A stretch of 64,000 nt of DNA, taken from NCBI GenBank assembly GCA_965204735.1, contig OZ242008.1, positions 2,592,001 to 2,656,000 of the forward strand. The letters run 5' to 3'. Positions 46,598-57,692 of this stretch are shown here, piece by piece (position 1 is the first letter of the stretch; the number at the start of each line of letters is the position of its first letter). The DNA is from Longimicrobiales bacterium. GTDB lineage: Bacteria; Gemmatimonadota; Gemmatimonadetes; Longimicrobiales; Gaopeijiaceae. The translations under genes were made by a program, and so were the position numbers. The notes under the pieces were generated by a model, which saw only the letters and a program-made list of their open reading frames with translations, searched no databases and was not told the DNA's origin.

Positions 46598-48145
46598 CTA
46601 GAGCGGGATGTTTCCGTGCTTCTTCGGAGGGTTGGAGTCCCGCTTGGCGGAGAGCATGTCGAGGGCGTTGATCAGTCGGGGACGCGTTTCCCGAGGGTCG
46701 ATCACGTCGTCCAGGTAGCCTCGGGCCGCGGCCTCGTAGGGGTGGGCGAACTTCTCCCGGTACTCGGCCATCCTCGCCTCGGTGGCGGCCGCCGGGTCGT
46801 CGGAGGCGGCGATCTCCTTCCGGAAGAGGATCTCGACGGCCCCCTTGGGACCCATCACGGCGATCTCGGCGGAGGGCCAAGCCAAGTTCACGTCGCCTCG
46901 GACGTGCTTGGAATTCATTACGTCGTAGGCGCCGCCGTACGCCTTGCGGGTGACGACCGTCGCCTTCGGGACCGTCGCTTCGCAGAAGGCGTACAGGAGC
47001 TTGGCGCCGTGGCGGATGATCCCGCCGTGTTCCTGGCTGGTGCCGGGCAGGAACCCGGGCACGTCCTCGAAGACGACCAGAGGGAGGTTGAAGGCGTCGC
47101 AGAACCGCACGAAGCGGGCCCCCTTGTCGGAGGCGTCGATGTCCAGCACGCCTGCCAGCGCCGCCGGCTGATTGGCCACGACGCCCACCGCATGACCGCC
47201 CAAGTGGGCGAACCCGGTCACCAAGTTCCGGGCGAAGCCTGCGTGGACTTCGTAGAAGACCCCGTCGTCCACGACTGCGCGGATCACGTCCAGCACGTCG
47301 TAGGGGTGGTTGGCGTTCTCGGGGACGATCTCCAGGAGCGCCGGGTCCCGCCGGTCGTGGGGGTCTGTGCCGTCGCCGGCGGGCGGTCGTTCGGCGTTGT
47401 TTTGGGGGATGTAGCGGAACAGCTCCCTGACGGCGTCCAGGCTTTCGGCCTCCGTGTCGTGGGCGAAGTGCGCCACGCCCGAAGTCTCGGCGTGGACGTC
47501 GGCCCCCCCCAGGCCCTCCATGTCCACGTCCTCGTGAGTCACCGCCTTCACCACGCCCGGCCCCGTGACGAACATGAAGCTGGTCCCCCGCACCATGTAC
47601 ACGAAGTCGGTGATCGCCGGCGAATAGACGGCGCCCCCGGCGCACGGACCCAGCACGACGCTGATCTGGGGGATCACCCCGGACGCCAGCGTGTTGCGCA
47701 GGAAGATGTCGGCATAGCCCCCCAGCGACACGACGCCCTCCTGGATGCGCGCGCCCCCGGAGTCGTTGAGGCCCACCAGCGGCGCCCCGTTCTTCAGCGC
47801 CATCTCCTGCACCTTCACGATCTTCTCGGCGTGGGCTTCGCTGAGGGAGCCGCCGAAGACTGTGAAGTCCTGGGAGAAGACGTACACCAGACGTCCGCGG
47901 ATCGTGCCCCAGCCGGTGACCACCCCGTCGCCCAGAACCTTCTTGTCGGCCAAGCCGAACTCGCTGCAGCGATGGGTGACGAATCGGTCCAGCTCCACGA
48001 AGGACTCGGCGTCCAGGAGAAGGTCCAGACGCTCCCTGGCCGACAGCTTGCCGCGCCGGCGCTGGGCCTCCAGGCGAGCCTCGCCTCCGCCCAGCGCCGA
48101 TTCGCGCCGGAGCGCCTCCAGACGCTCCAGGGCAGCGCGGCTCAT
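46598..48145 (-). CDS. pccB: Acyl-CoA carboxylase beta (carboxyltransferase) subunit
   Basis: [48 protein letters not shown] and C-terminal [10 protein letters not shown]. Confidence 0.93.
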   Translation of the reverse strand: MSRAALERLEALRRESALGGGEARLEAQRRRGKLSARERLDLLLDAESFVELDRFVTHRCSEFGLADKKVLGDGVVTGWGTIRGRLVYVFSQDFTVFGGSLSEAHAEKIVKVQEMALKNGAPLVGLNDSGGARIQEGVVSLGGYADIFLRNTLASGVIPQISVVLGPCAGGAVYSPAITDFVYMVRGTSFMFVTGPGVVKAVTHEDVDMEGLGGADVHAETSGVAHFAHDTEAESLDAVRELFRYIPQNNAERPPAGDGTDPHDRRDPALLEIVPENANHPYDVLDVIRAVVDDGVFYEVHAGFARNLVTGFAHLGGHAVGVVANQPAALAGVLDIDASDKGARFVRFCDAFNLPLVVFEDVPGFLPGTSQEHGGIIRHGAKLLYAFCEATVPKATVVTRKAYGGAYDVMNSKHVRGDVNLAWPSAEIAVMGPKGAVEILFRKEIAASDDPAAATEARMAEYREKFAHPYEAAARGYLDDVIDPRETRPRLINALDMLSAKRDSNPPKKHGNIPL

Positions 48146-48149
48146 CGGA

Positions 48150-49700
48150 TCAGCGGCCGACGGGAGCCCGGGCGCCGGGACCGGCGTCGGCGGGGACCAC
48201 TCCGGCTTCCTGCGGTTCCAGCGGGTGGACGGCGCCGTCGAGGAGCCGCACCGGAAAGAACTCCTTCGTCAGGGAGCCGCCCGCGGCCGAGTAGGCGCCG
48301 GTCGCGCCCTCGAAGCGGTGGAGTCCGGCCAGCGCCGCGGCTGGACCCGCCCCGGTGCGCGCGCGCTCGGCCCAAGCGGCCAAGGCGATCCGGAGGAGGT
48401 CGAAGCCGGCGGCGGGAACGGGGCTGCGAAGCGCCTTTTGCAGGTGGTCCTCGTAGGCGGCCGTGAACTCGGCCGACCGCTCCGAAGTCGATCCGGGAGG
48501 GACCGCGCTGACCGCCACGACGTGGTCGGTGTGGCGCCGGTCGACCTCTTCCAGCACTCGCGGATCCGTCCAGCCCGCCGTTCCCGCGACCTGGATGTCC
48601 GTGTCGTCGAGCTCGAAGAACGATATCTGGGGCGCCAGCAGCAGCAGGTCCTCGGGAGGCGCCAGGACGACCAGGAGTTCCGGGGCCATGAGCCCGGCTT
48701 CGCGAAGGGGCTCTTCGAAGGTGGTGGTCCCGGGCTCGTAGGCGATCCTGCGGGCGAAGCCGCCCGCGCCGGCGAACTCGTCGAGGAAGGCGGCGGCCTC
48801 CATGGAGCGAGCCGGGCTGCGGGAGTGGACGACGAGGGCGTCGACGTAGCCCAGGCCGGAGAGCGCCGCCGCCAGCGTGCGCGCCGCGGAGGGGCCGCCG
48901 GCCGCGAGGCTGTGGACGCCGAGGCGGCCCGGCGGAAGAAGTCGGGCGGTGGGCGAGAAGAGAGGCACGTCGTCGGGCAGAACGTCCGCGACGGCGGTCA
49001 AGTTGTCGCCGGCGAGGGGACCCAGGACGGCGGCAACCCCTCGGGCCGCCAGAGCCGACGCCGCCTGGGCGCTGCCGTACGCCGTGCCCCTGCCGTCCTC
49101 GACCACCAGCTCGACCGCCATGCCGCCCTGCCGAGCCAGCGCGACGCCCACCTGAACGCCCTCCAGGAAGAGGTCCGCGTACTCCTGGTCCCGCGGCCTG
49201 CCCGTCAAGGGGAGCACGACGCCTACGACGGGCGGGGCCACTTGCGCGTCCAGGGCGTCGGCGCCCGCCGTCCGCGCCTGAGCGGCGTAGCGTTGCGAGA
49301 CTCCGGCTTCGCCAGAGAGCGCGAACCGCAGGGCCAGCTCGGCGGCGACTGCGCCGAAGCGCGGGTCGCGGAAGCGCACGTACCCCGAGTCCGCCATGCC
49401 GGCCAGCTCCTCGACTGCGTGACGACCCAGGCGCGACACTGCCGCGGCCACGCGCTCGGTCGCCCGGGCGGTCCGGTCCCCCGGAGGAAGCGCAAGGAAG
49501 GCGCGAGCGGCTTCGCGGTACCTGGCTGCCCTGAAGAGGGTCTCCGCCGGCTCGTCCACCGTGTCGCGGGACTCGGCCGGCGCAAGGGAAGCCGCTTGGT
49601 CGCCGGAAGACGGCGGACCCGAGTCGCGCGGGTGAACCGCTCCCGCCGCGCAGCCCAGCGCCCAGCCGACCAGCAGCAACCCGAGCGGTCTCGCCTTCAC
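48150..49700 (-). CDS. Lipoprotein with periplasmic binding-protein type 1 fold (LppC/LpoA-like)
   Basis: Lipobox [21 protein letters not shown] and FEGATG motifs. Confidence 0.75.
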   Translation of the reverse strand: MKARPLGLLLVGWALGCAAGAVHPRDSGPPSSGDQAASLAPAESRDTVDEPAETLFRAARYREAARAFLALPPGDRTARATERVAAAVSRLGRHAVEELAGMADSGYVRFRDPRFGAVAAELALRFALSGEAGVSQRYAAQARTAGADALDAQVAPPVVGVVLPLTGRPRDQEYADLFLEGVQVGVALARQGGMAVELVVEDGRGTAYGSAQAASALAARGVAAVLGPLAGDNLTAVADVLPDDVPLFSPTARLLPPGRLGVHSLAAGGPSAARTLAAALSGLGYVDALVVHSRSPARSMEAAAFLDEFAGAGGFARRIAYEPGTTTFEEPLREAGLMAPELLVVLAPPEDLLLLAPQISFFELDDTDIQVAGTAGWTDPRVLEEVDRRHTDHVVAVSAVPPGSTSERSAEFTAAYEDHLQKALRSPVPAAGFDLLRIALAAWAERARTGAGPAAALAGLHRFEGATGAYSAAGGSLTKEFFPVRLLDGAVHPLEPQEAGVVPADAGPGARAPVGR

Positions 49701-49708
49701 GTCCAGGG

Positions 49709-51670
49709 TCAGGACTCGGCCGGGCTGGTCTCCGCGTCCCCGGGAGACGCCTCCTCGCCCTCCGCCGCATCGTCGTCGGATTCCCCGGCGTCCGCGTTCA
49801 CCTCTTCCGACGCCGGGCCCTCGGCGGGGGCGTCTGCTTCCGCGGGCGCATCCGTCGGGACCTCGCCCGCTTCGCCTTCCTCCGGCGCTGGTTCGTCCTC
49901 CGGCGCTTCGACGGCCGACGCCGGTTCCGCCTCTTCTGCCGGCGGTTCCCCGTCCGGCGCCGGAGCCTGCTTCCGCTGCCGCTTCGGCGGCTTCAGGACC
50001 TCCAGCACGATCCGCCGCTCCATGGCGTCGGACGCCATCACCCTGACGGGCACGGTCTCGCCGGCCCTGTAGTACTCTTCCAGCGCGTCGGCGTCCACGC
50101 CCGCGTGGGAGCCGGGGACGAAGCCCTCCACGTCGTCGCCCAGGTCCACCACCACGCCGCTGTCCTGTATCCTTGCCACCGCGCCGTCCTGCTCGTGTCC
50201 CCTGGACAGGCGGGCGACCAAGACCGGCCACGGGTCTTCGTGCAGCTGCTTGATCCCCAAGGAGATCCGCTTGTTGTCGGCGTCCACGTCCAGCACCATC
50301 ACTTCGGTCTCGTCGCCCTTGCGGACCATCTCCGAAGGGTGCTCCACGCGCCTTGTCCAGCTCATGTCCGAGACGTGGACCAAGCCGTCGATCCCGGGCT
50401 CGATCTCCACGAACGCTCCGAACGAGGTCAGGTTGCGGACGGTTCCCGTCAGCTTGGCGCCCGAGGGGTACTTCGCCGGCAGCCCCAGCCACGGGTCTTC
50501 CTCGATCTGCTTCATCCCTAGGGAGATCTTCTCCTCCTTGGAGTCCACCCTGAGGATCACGGACTCGATCACGTCGCCGATCGACACCAGCTTCGACGGA
50601 TGGCGCACGTTGCGCGTCCAAGACATCTCCGAGATGTGGACCAGCCCCTCGACGCCCTTCTGAAGCTCCACGAAGGCGCCGTAGTTGGTGATCGAGACGA
50701 CCTTGCCCCGAACCCTGGCTCCCACCGGGTACCGCTCGGCGATGTCGGTCCACGGGTAGGGCATGAGCTGCTTGAGCCCCAGGGAGAGACGCTCCCGGTC
50801 CCAGTCGATGTCCAGAACCTTCACGTCCATGACGTCGCCGATTCCGACGAGCTCGGTGGGGTGGCCGACGCGGCCCCAGGACATGTCGGTGATGTGAAGG
50901 AGTCCGTCCATCCCGCCCAGGTCTATGAAGGCGCCGAAGTCGGTGATGTTCTTGACGACGCCCTCCCGCACTTGGCCGACGAGAAGCTCCTTGACCAGCG
51001 TCGAGCGCTGCTTCTTCCTTTCCCGCTCCAGGAGGATCCGCCGAGAAACGACGATGTTCCGCCGGCGCTTGTTGAGCTTGATGATCTTGAACTCGTAGGT
51101 CTCGCCGATCAGGTCCTCGATGTTGGGAACCCGACGCAGGGCGATCTGCGACCCCGGGAGGAAGGCGTCCACGCCCATGATGTCCACGGTGACCCCGCCC
51201 TTGATCTTCCGGCTCAGGAGGCCCTTCACCGGCCGGTCGTTGTCGTAGGCGTCGCGGATCAGCTCCCAGACCCGCAGGAAGTCGGCCTTCTTCTTCGAGA
51301 GGACGACCACGCCGTCGTCGTCCTCGAGGCTCTCGAGAAGGACTTCGACTTCCTCGCCCGGCTCGACCGACTCCGCGTCCTTGAACTCGTCGAGCGAGAC
51401 CGCGCCTTCGCTCTTGAAGCCGAACTCCAGGATGACGGTGGCCTCGGTGGTCCGCAGGACCCTGGCCTTGACGATCTGTCCTTCCCGGATGTCGCCGCGG
51501 GCGGTCTGATGGGCGTCGAGGAGCGCCTCGAAGTCGGCGCGGGAGACGTCGAGAACTTCCTGGCCGAACGGGTCGTGCAGAAGCTCGGGGGAGAGAGTGT
51601 CCGGCAAGAGGCCGCTGGAACCCTCCGACTCGGGGTTCTCCGGCAACGGGGATTCTGGTGTCTGGCTCAT
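49709..51670 (-). CDS. rpsA: 30S ribosomal protein S1
   Basis: Multiple S1 domains (AFLPGSQI, VKNITDFGAFIDLGG, GLVHISEMSW) and an acidic tail. Confidence 0.97.
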   Translation of the reverse strand: MSQTPESPLPENPESEGSSGLLPDTLSPELLHDPFGQEVLDVSRADFEALLDAHQTARGDIREGQIVKARVLRTTEATVILEFGFKSEGAVSLDEFKDAESVEPGEEVEVLLESLEDDDGVVVLSKKKADFLRVWELIRDAYDNDRPVKGLLSRKIKGGVTVDIMGVDAFLPGSQIALRRVPNIEDLIGETYEFKIIKLNKRRRNIVVSRRILLERERKKQRSTLVKELLVGQVREGVVKNITDFGAFIDLGGMDGLLHITDMSWGRVGHPTELVGIGDVMDVKVLDIDWDRERLSLGLKQLMPYPWTDIAERYPVGARVRGKVVSITNYGAFVELQKGVEGLVHISEMSWTRNVRHPSKLVSIGDVIESVILRVDSKEEKISLGMKQIEEDPWLGLPAKYPSGAKLTGTVRNLTSFGAFVEIEPGIDGLVHVSDMSWTRRVEHPSEMVRKGDETEVMVLDVDADNKRISLGIKQLHEDPWPVLVARLSRGHEQDGAVARIQDSGVVVDLGDDVEGFVPGSHAGVDADALEEYYRAGETVPVRVMASDAMERRIVLEVLKPPKRQRKQAPAPDGEPPAEEAEPASAVEAPEDEPAPEEGEAGEVPTDAPAEADAPAEGPASEEVNADAGESDDDAAEGEEASPGDAETSPAES

Positions 51671-51873
51671 GGTTGCGTGCTTCGCGGGCTCCCGGACGGG
51701 ACCCGCGCTCCAGGTTGACCTCGTCCGGCCCTGTGCGAATCCAGGCGGGCGGACCGGGCTGAATGGACGGACCAGCTTGCCGGAGCCGTCCCGCTGCGGG
51801 GCTCCGGGGTCGTCTGTCGGGTCGCGGTCCTGCTCTGCACGGCCACAGGGGGGACCGAGACGGAAAGACTTGA

Positions 51874-51903
51874 AAGATAACCGCCTTGATGCGACACGTT
51901 CAA
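51874..51903 (-). promoter_or_regulatory. Probable sigma70 promoter of rpsA
   Basis: TTGAAC (51903-51898), 18-bp spacer, TATCTT (51879-51874), about 200 bp upstream of the rpsA start. Confidence 0.55.
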
Positions 51904-52049
51904 GCGGCAGGGAGGAAGCGCCCTGCTGCCATGCACGTGAGCGACCCCTTACGGCGGATATCCTCGGATGGTTTCGGCCGCGCCTGCGCGTGGTCTGGCC
52001 GCCCGAGAGCGGGGCGACGCGGCGGGCGCGTTCCGGGCGCCTGCGTCGT

Positions 52050-52811
52050 CTAGGCCGGGCGCCGCGCCACGAGGAAGCCTCGGTCCTTCACGAGCTCGAC
52101 GATCTGGTCGACCTGCTCCTCGGGGCTCGAACGGGTGGTGTCGAGGCGGACGGCGGACGGCGCGGCCGCCAGGGGCGCGGTCTGCCGCGACGAGTCCTGG
52201 ACGTCGCGACGGCGCAGTCGGGCGGCCTCGGCTTCTATCCGTTCGGCGGAGGGGGCGCGCTGGCCGGTCTGAAGCAGGCGGCGTCGAGCCCGCACTCGGG
52301 CGTCGGCCACCAGAAAGACCTTCACTTGGGCTTCGGGGAAGACGACGGTTCCCATGTCGCGTCCCTCGGCCACCAGACCCGGGCCCTGGGCCGCGGACCG
52401 CTGGAGCGCCAGCAGGCGTTCGCGCACGGCCGGAACGCTGGACACCGGCGAGACCGCGTCCGTGACCTTCTCGGTCCGAAGCTCCCGGTTCGGGATGCGT
52501 CGTCCGGCGGCCCAGACCTGCATCGACCGGCCCTGCCACTTCACGCGGAGGCGCAGGGCGTCCAGATCGGACTCGGCGACCTGCTCCAGGGCGCGCGCCT
52601 CCAGGCCCGAGTCCAGAAGGCGCAGCGCGACGGCTCGGTAGATCGCGCCCGAGTCCAGGTGGCGGAAGCCGAGTCGGTCGGCCACGCCCTTGGCGGTCGA
52701 CGACTTGCCGGCGCCGGCGGTGCCGTCGACGGCGACGACGAAGCAGGCGGACGGGGACCGACGGGGGGGCCTCGCCGACGGACCCGGGCGGCCGGGGTCG
52801 CCCGTGCTCAC
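52050..52811 (-). CDS. cmk: Cytidylate kinase
   Basis: VAVDGTAGAGKSS, LDSGAIYR, VAEGRDMGTVVFP and RRDVQDSSR motifs; aroA-cmk-rpsA order. Confidence 0.95.
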   Translation of the reverse strand: MSTGDPGRPGPSARPPRRSPSACFVVAVDGTAGAGKSSTAKGVADRLGFRHLDSGAIYRAVALRLLDSGLEARALEQVAESDLDALRLRVKWQGRSMQVWAAGRRIPNRELRTEKVTDAVSPVSSVPAVRERLLALQRSAAQGPGLVAEGRDMGTVVFPEAQVKVFLVADARVRARRRLLQTGQRAPSAERIEAEAARLRRRDVQDSSRQTAPLAAAPSAVRLDTTRSSPEEQVDQIVELVKDRGFLVARRPA

Positions 52812-54199
52812 GGCGCGCGGCCCGATCCGGCCACCTCTTCCAGAAGTCGCCAGAAGCCCGGGAAGCTCACGTCGGCGACGGACGGGGCGTCCACCTCGAT
52901 CTCGCACCCGGGCGTCGCCCCCAAGACGCCGAACGCCATGGCGACGCGGTGGTCGCCGAAGCAGCGGACCCGACCCGCCAGCGGCCGGCGAGTGCCTGCG
53001 ACCTCGAGGCCGTCGGGCAGCTCGTCGGCTGCGACGCCGATCTGCCGGAGGTTGCCCACCAGGGCGGATATGCGATCCGACTCCTTGACGCGAAGCTCGG
53101 CGGCCCCGGTGATCCGGGTGACCCCATGGGCGCGGGCCGCCAGCGCCGCCACGACGGGCAGCTCGTCGATCGAGGCCAGCGCTTCCGCGGCGCCGACTTC
53201 GACGGCGCGGAGCTCTCCTGCAGCCTCCACCCGCACGTCGCCGGCCGGCTCCCCGCCCAGCGACGCCGCCGACGAGACGTTCACGGACGCTCCCATGCGC
53301 TCGAGCACGCCCAGCAGCCCGGTGCGCGTAGGCGAAAGGCCGACGCCGCGGACGACAAGGGCTCGCGCGCCGGCCGGCGCCGGTCCGGAGCGGGCCGCGG
53401 TCCCGGCCAGCGCCGCCCACGCCAGGAAGAACGCCGCCGACGAGAAGTCGCCGGGCACCGTCATCTCCAGGGGCGCCAGGCGGGCGGGCGGCGACGCGAC
53501 GCGGACGGCCCAGCCGCCGTCGCGCTCGGCTTCCTCCACGTCGACGCCCATCGCCGACAGCATCCGCTCGGTGTGGTCTCGGGAGCGCCTGGGCTCGACC
53601 ACCTCGGCTCCCGTTCCGGCGCCCACGCCGGCCAGGAGGACCGCGCTCTTGACCTGGGCGCTCGCCACCCGGGCGTGGTGGGAGATTGGGCGGAGATCGC
53701 CGCCGCGGATGCGGAGGGGCAGTCGGCCGTGCTGGTCCAGGTAGGAGATCGACGCGCCCATCCGCCGCAACGGCCCGGCAACTCGCTCCATCGGGCGGCG
53801 GACCAGAGAGGCGTCGCCCGCGAGGACCGCCGAAAAGGGCTGCGCGGCCAGCGCGCCCGCCAGCAGACGCGCTCCCGTGCCGCTGTTGGCCAAGTCCAGA
53901 GCCGCCGTGGGCTCGCTCCACGACCGCAAGCCGGTCCCGCGGACCCGCACGGGCGCTTCCGCAGGTCCCTCGAGGGCGTCGATCTCCACCCCCAACGCCT
54001 GAAGCGCCCGCCCCGTCGCCAACGGATCGGCGCTGCGCAGAAGGCCGTGGATGCGGCTCTCGCCGTGGGCCGTCGCCGCCAGGATCAGTGCCCGCTGGCT
54101 CACCGACTTGTCGCCCGGAACGCGGATCGCCGGCGCGGGGCCGTCGTGGGCGGCGGTCGACGGGGCCGAGGCGGCGGGCGGTCGCGTCTTGGTCGTCAT
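52808..54199 (-). CDS. aroA: 3-phosphoshikimate 1-carboxyvinyltransferase
   Basis: PGDKSVSQRAL, ASAQVKSA, RDHTERML, RVKESDRI and DHRVAMAF motifs. Confidence 0.96.
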   Translation of the reverse strand: MTTKTRPPAASAPSTAAHDGPAPAIRVPGDKSVSQRALILAATAHGESRIHGLLRSADPLATGRALQALGVEIDALEGPAEAPVRVRGTGLRSWSEPTAALDLANSGTGARLLAGALAAQPFSAVLAGDASLVRRPMERVAGPLRRMGASISYLDQHGRLPLRIRGGDLRPISHHARVASAQVKSAVLLAGVGAGTGAEVVEPRRSRDHTERMLSAMGVDVEEAERDGGWAVRVASPPARLAPLEMTVPGDFSSAAFFLAWAALAGTAARSGPAPAGARALVVRGVGLSPTRTGLLGVLERMGASVNVSSAASLGGEPAGDVRVEAAGELRAVEVGAAEALASIDELPVVAALAARAHGVTRITGAAELRVKESDRISALVGNLRQIGVAADELPDGLEVAGTRRPLAGRVRCFGDHRVAMAFGVLGATPGCEIEVDAPSVADVSFPGFWRLLEEVAGSGRAP

Positions 54200-55206
54200 C
54201 AGCGCTTCGTCCTCCACCTGCGCCCGGCCAGGATCGCGTCCCTCAAGGCCTTCCGGTCCCCCGCCTCGAGCATCCGCCGAAGGCCGGCGACCCGAGCTTC
54301 CAGCGCCGCTAGGGCAGTTGCGTCCTCCTGCGCCGCCGCGTTCAGCAGCGGTCCCCACACTTCCGGACCGGAGCCGGCGAGACGCGTCGCCTCCGCTCCG
54401 CCGGGCCCCAGGTCGGAAGGAGCGAACCCGGCGTCTTCCAGGGTTCCCGCGAGGGCCCACGCCGCCAGCTGGGGAAGGTGGCTGACCCACGACATGGCGC
54501 GGTCGTGGGCCTCGGCGGAGATGGGGCGAGGGTCGGCGCCGAGGAGGCGCCAGAACGCCGCCGCGCTGTCGAAGGCGGACCGGGCGCCGGGCTCGGAGGG
54601 AACGTCCGGCAGTCCGGCGGAGGCGCGGGCGGGCGACGTGGAGGCGTGGGCGAAGGGCGCCCCCGAGCAGAGCCACACCGGCGCGCCGTCGAAGAGTTCG
54701 GCTCGGGACGCCGCGTAGCCGGAGCGCTCCGAGCCGCACATGGGGTGCGCCCCCACGAACACGCGGTCCACGGCCCCGTTCCGCCCCGGCTTCGCTCCCG
54801 CGCCGGCCCGTTCCGCCCCTCGGCGCGCAGCCGCCGCCACCGGCGCCTTGAGGCTTGCCACGTCCGTGACCAGCGCCGCCCGGCTCCACAGCGGGGCCTC
54901 CGACTCCACCAGCGCCTCGGTCGCGTCCAGAGGCGCGGCAAAGACCACGACGGCGCCCGGCATGGCGCACTCCGCCAGTCCGTCGGCAAGCCGCACCCCG
55001 TCGCCGGCGGCCAGGGCGCGGGCGTCTTCGTCGGGGTCGATCCCGTACACCGGGATTTCCGGCGCTCTTCGCCGCAACGCCTTCGCGACCGATCCTCCCA
55101 TGACTCCCAGCCCCACGACCACGACGGAGCGGCACCCCGCCGGAAGGCTCGCCGGCGCTCGGTCCCCGCCTCCCGCCACGGGCGGGGCGCCGGCCTTCCT
55201 ACTCAC
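54199..55206 (-). CDS. tyrA: Prephenate/arogenate dehydrogenase
   Basis: GLGVMGGS, TDVASLK, FVGAHPMCGSE and HDRAMSWVSHLPQ motifs. Confidence 0.9.
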   Translation of the reverse strand: MSRKAGAPPVAGGGDRAPASLPAGCRSVVVVGLGVMGGSVAKALRRRAPEIPVYGIDPDEDARALAAGDGVRLADGLAECAMPGAVVVFAAPLDATEALVESEAPLWSRAALVTDVASLKAPVAAAARRGAERAGAGAKPGRNGAVDRVFVGAHPMCGSERSGYAASRAELFDGAPVWLCSGAPFAHASTSPARASAGLPDVPSEPGARSAFDSAAAFWRLLGADPRPISAEAHDRAMSWVSHLPQLAAWALAGTLEDAGFAPSDLGPGGAEATRLAGSGPEVWGPLLNAAAQEDATALAALEARVAGLRRMLEAGDRKALRDAILAGRRWRTKR

Positions 55207-56120
55207 TCCTGCTCACGGAACCCGACCTCCAGACGGAGGCCGTCGTGGGCCGTCCGAGACGCGGGAAAGACCGCCCGCGCCTCCTCCTCCAGCAGCTGGG
55301 GCGAGTCGGAGTAGCGGGCCGACACGTGGGTCAGGACCAGGCGCTTGACGCCCGCGCGGACCGCCACCCCGGCCGCGTCCGCCGCCGTCGAGTGGCCGGT
55401 CTCCCTGGCCCGCCGCCGCTCCTCGGCGCCGAAGGTGGCGTCGTGCATCAGTAGGTCCGCGCCCCGGGCGATCTCGACCGTCTCCGGCGAGGGGCGGGTG
55501 TCGCCCGTGTACACGACCTTCCTGCCCGGCCTCGGCGGGCCCACCACCTGCTCCGGCTTCACGACCCGGCCGTCCACCTCCACCGCCTCGCCCCTGTGCA
55601 GGCGCCCGAAGAGGGGACCGTCCGGCACGCCGAGCCGCCGCGCCTCGTCCACGTCGAACCGTCCCGGCCGCGCTTCTTCGACCAGGGCGTAGCCCAGCGC
55701 CTGGATCCCGTGGTCCGCCGGGAACGCCTGGACCGCCCAGCCGCCGAAGTCCACCCGCTCGCCGGGCGCGAGGCCCTTCACTTCCACGGGAAACGACACG
55801 CGCTCCGCTCCCAGGTGCACGGCCCGGGCCAGCACTCGCTGGGCGGCACGGGGTCCGTAGATCGTCATGCCCTCTTCCCGGCCTTGGAGTCCCATGGTCC
55901 GCAGGAGGCCGGGCAGGCCCAGGAAGTGGTCCGAGTGGGCGTGAGTGACGAAGATCTCCGAGAACGAGAAGCCCGTCCCGAAGCGCATGATCTGGCGCTG
56001 GGTGCCTTCTCCGCAGTCCCACAGGAGGGAGCGGCCCTCTCGAAGGACGGCGATGCCCGCCACGTTCCTCGCCACGGTGGGGCGGGCCGCGGCGGTGCCA
56101 AGGAAGCGGACTCGGATCAT
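55203..56120 (-). CDS. rnz: Ribonuclease Z
   Basis: FLGTAAARPT, DCGEGTQRQ, THAHSDHFLG, YTGDTRP, GHST and LTHVSARY motifs. Confidence 0.95.
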   Translation of the reverse strand: MIRVRFLGTAAARPTVARNVAGIAVLREGRSLLWDCGEGTQRQIMRFGTGFSFSEIFVTHAHSDHFLGLPGLLRTMGLQGREEGMTIYGPRAAQRVLARAVHLGAERVSFPVEVKGLAPGERVDFGGWAVQAFPADHGIQALGYALVEEARPGRFDVDEARRLGVPDGPLFGRLHRGEAVEVDGRVVKPEQVVGPPRPGRKVVYTGDTRPSPETVEIARGADLLMHDATFGAEERRRARETGHSTAADAAGVAVRAGVKRLVLTHVSARYSDSPQLLEEEARAVFPASRTAHDGLRLEVGFREQE

Positions 56121-56362
56121 GGGCGGACGGCGAGCGGGTCTGCGGGGGGTTCGCCCGGAAGTTAGTCCGTTTCGGGTTCGAGTGGACTCGCTGCCCTTGG
56201 CGTGGAGTGGCTTCCCCGGGGAGATCGGCCGCGTCGATGGAGACGCGGGACGCCGTGGACGTTGCGGGTTGATCCGGAGCCGTCGTATCGTGGAGTCGCG
56301 TCGTCCATCGCACCCGCCGATTCGTCCAGCGCACCCGCCGACCAGAGGAGCACGCGCCGCAC

Positions 56363-57676
56363 ATGACCACAACCCCCAGCCGCACCACTCGCCGACGCTT
56401 CCTGGGAACCACCGTCGCGGCTGTTGGAGCGACCAGCCTCCCGTCGCTTCGGGGAAGCGCCAGGGAGATCGCGGCGGAGATGGCCCGCCACCCCGGCTCG
56501 CCGGCCGAAACCGCTTCGGACGAAGCCTTCTGGGCCGAAGTCGCCCGGGCCTTCACCGTGGACCGGTCGCTGGTCAACCTGAACAACGGCGGGGTCAGCC
56601 CGTCGCCGTCGTTCGTCCAGGACGCCATGAAGCGCCACCTGGACTACTCCAACGAGGCGCCCACCTACACGATGTGGAAGATCCTGGAGCCCCAGCGGGA
56701 AGGGGTCCGGGCGCGCATGGCAAGGGAGTGGGGCGTGGACGCCGAGGAAGTCGCGTTCACCCGCAACGCCTCGGAGGGGCTGCAGACCTGCCAGTTCGGG
56801 TACGACCTGAAGGCCGGCGACGAGGTGCTGACCACCACGCAGGACTACGGACGGATGCTCACCACCTTCCGGCAGCGGGAGCGGCGGGAGGGCATCGTCA
56901 TGCGGCAGATCCAGGTCCCCGTCCCCGCCGAGGAGCCGGCGGAGGTGGTCCGGCGCTTCGAGGAGGCGATCACGCCCCGGACTCGGCTGATCCTCATGTG
57001 CCACATGATCAACCTGACGGGGCAGATCCTCCCCGTCCGCGACGTGGTGCGGATGGCCAGGCGCCACGACGTGCCGGTGATCGTGGACGGCGCCCACGCC
57101 ATGGCCCACTTCCCCTTCAAGCTGACGGAGCTGGAGTGCGACAACTACTCCACCAGCTTGCACAAGTGGCTCTTCGCGCCTCATGGGACGGGGCTCCTCT
57201 TCGTTCGCCGCGACGAGATTCCGAAGGTGTGGCCTTTGATGGCGGCGCCGGACCGAATGGACGGCGACATCCGCAAGTACGAGGAGATCGGCACGCACCC
57301 GGCGGCCAACTACCTGGCGATCGGCGAGGCGCTGACCTTCCACCAGGGGATCGGAAGCGACCGGAAGGCCGCCCGTCTGGTCTACCTGCGGGACTACTGG
57401 GCGAACCGGCTGCTAGAAGACGACCGCGTCAGCCTCAACACCAGCCGGAAGCCCGGTTTCGCCTGCGGAATCGCCAACGTCCACGTGGAGGGGCTGGACA
57501 CGGCGGCGCTGAGCGCGTGGCTGTGGTCGGAGCACCGGATCATCAACGTCGCCATCGGCCACGAGGAGTGCGAGGGACTGCGCATCTCGCCCAGCGTCTA
57601 CACCACGCTGGAGGAGCTGGACCGCTTCAGCGAGGCGATGGAGTGGGCGATCAAGCACGGGGTGCCCGCGCAGTAG
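56363..57676 (+). CDS. Class V PLP-dependent aminotransferase (isopenicillin-N-epimerase-like) with Tat signal
   Basis: TRRRFLG twin-arginine signal; NLNNGGVSP, TRNASEG, VDGAH and SLHKWL (PLP lysine) motifs. Confidence 0.88.
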   Translation: MTTTPSRTTRRRFLGTTVAAVGATSLPSLRGSAREIAAEMARHPGSPAETASDEAFWAEVARAFTVDRSLVNLNNGGVSPSPSFVQDAMKRHLDYSNEAPTYTMWKILEPQREGVRARMAREWGVDAEEVAFTRNASEGLQTCQFGYDLKAGDEVLTTTQDYGRMLTTFRQRERREGIVMRQIQVPVPAEEPAEVVRRFEEAITPRTRLILMCHMINLTGQILPVRDVVRMARRHDVPVIVDGAHAMAHFPFKLTELECDNYSTSLHKWLFAPHGTGLLFVRRDEIPKVWPLMAAPDRMDGDIRKYEEIGTHPAANYLAIGEALTFHQGIGSDRKAARLVYLRDYWANRLLEDDRVSLNTSRKPGFACGIANVHVEGLDTAALSAWLWSEHRIINVAIGHEECEGLRISPSVYTTLEELDRFSEAMEWAIKHGVPAQ

Positions 57677-57692
57677 GGCGGCGGGCGACCCG

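Noticed and set aside
51671..52049. ncRNA or small CDS in the cmk-rpsA gap
   Set aside because: Adequately explained as the rpsA promoter plus a long leader; no recognisable RNA family or credible ORF.
15057..56372. Long N-terminal extensions in the ORF track for dusB, recO, DUF151, ribD, mutase, aroA, cmk, rnz and others
   Set aside because: They overlap upstream genes in another frame; starts were reset to where family similarity begins.
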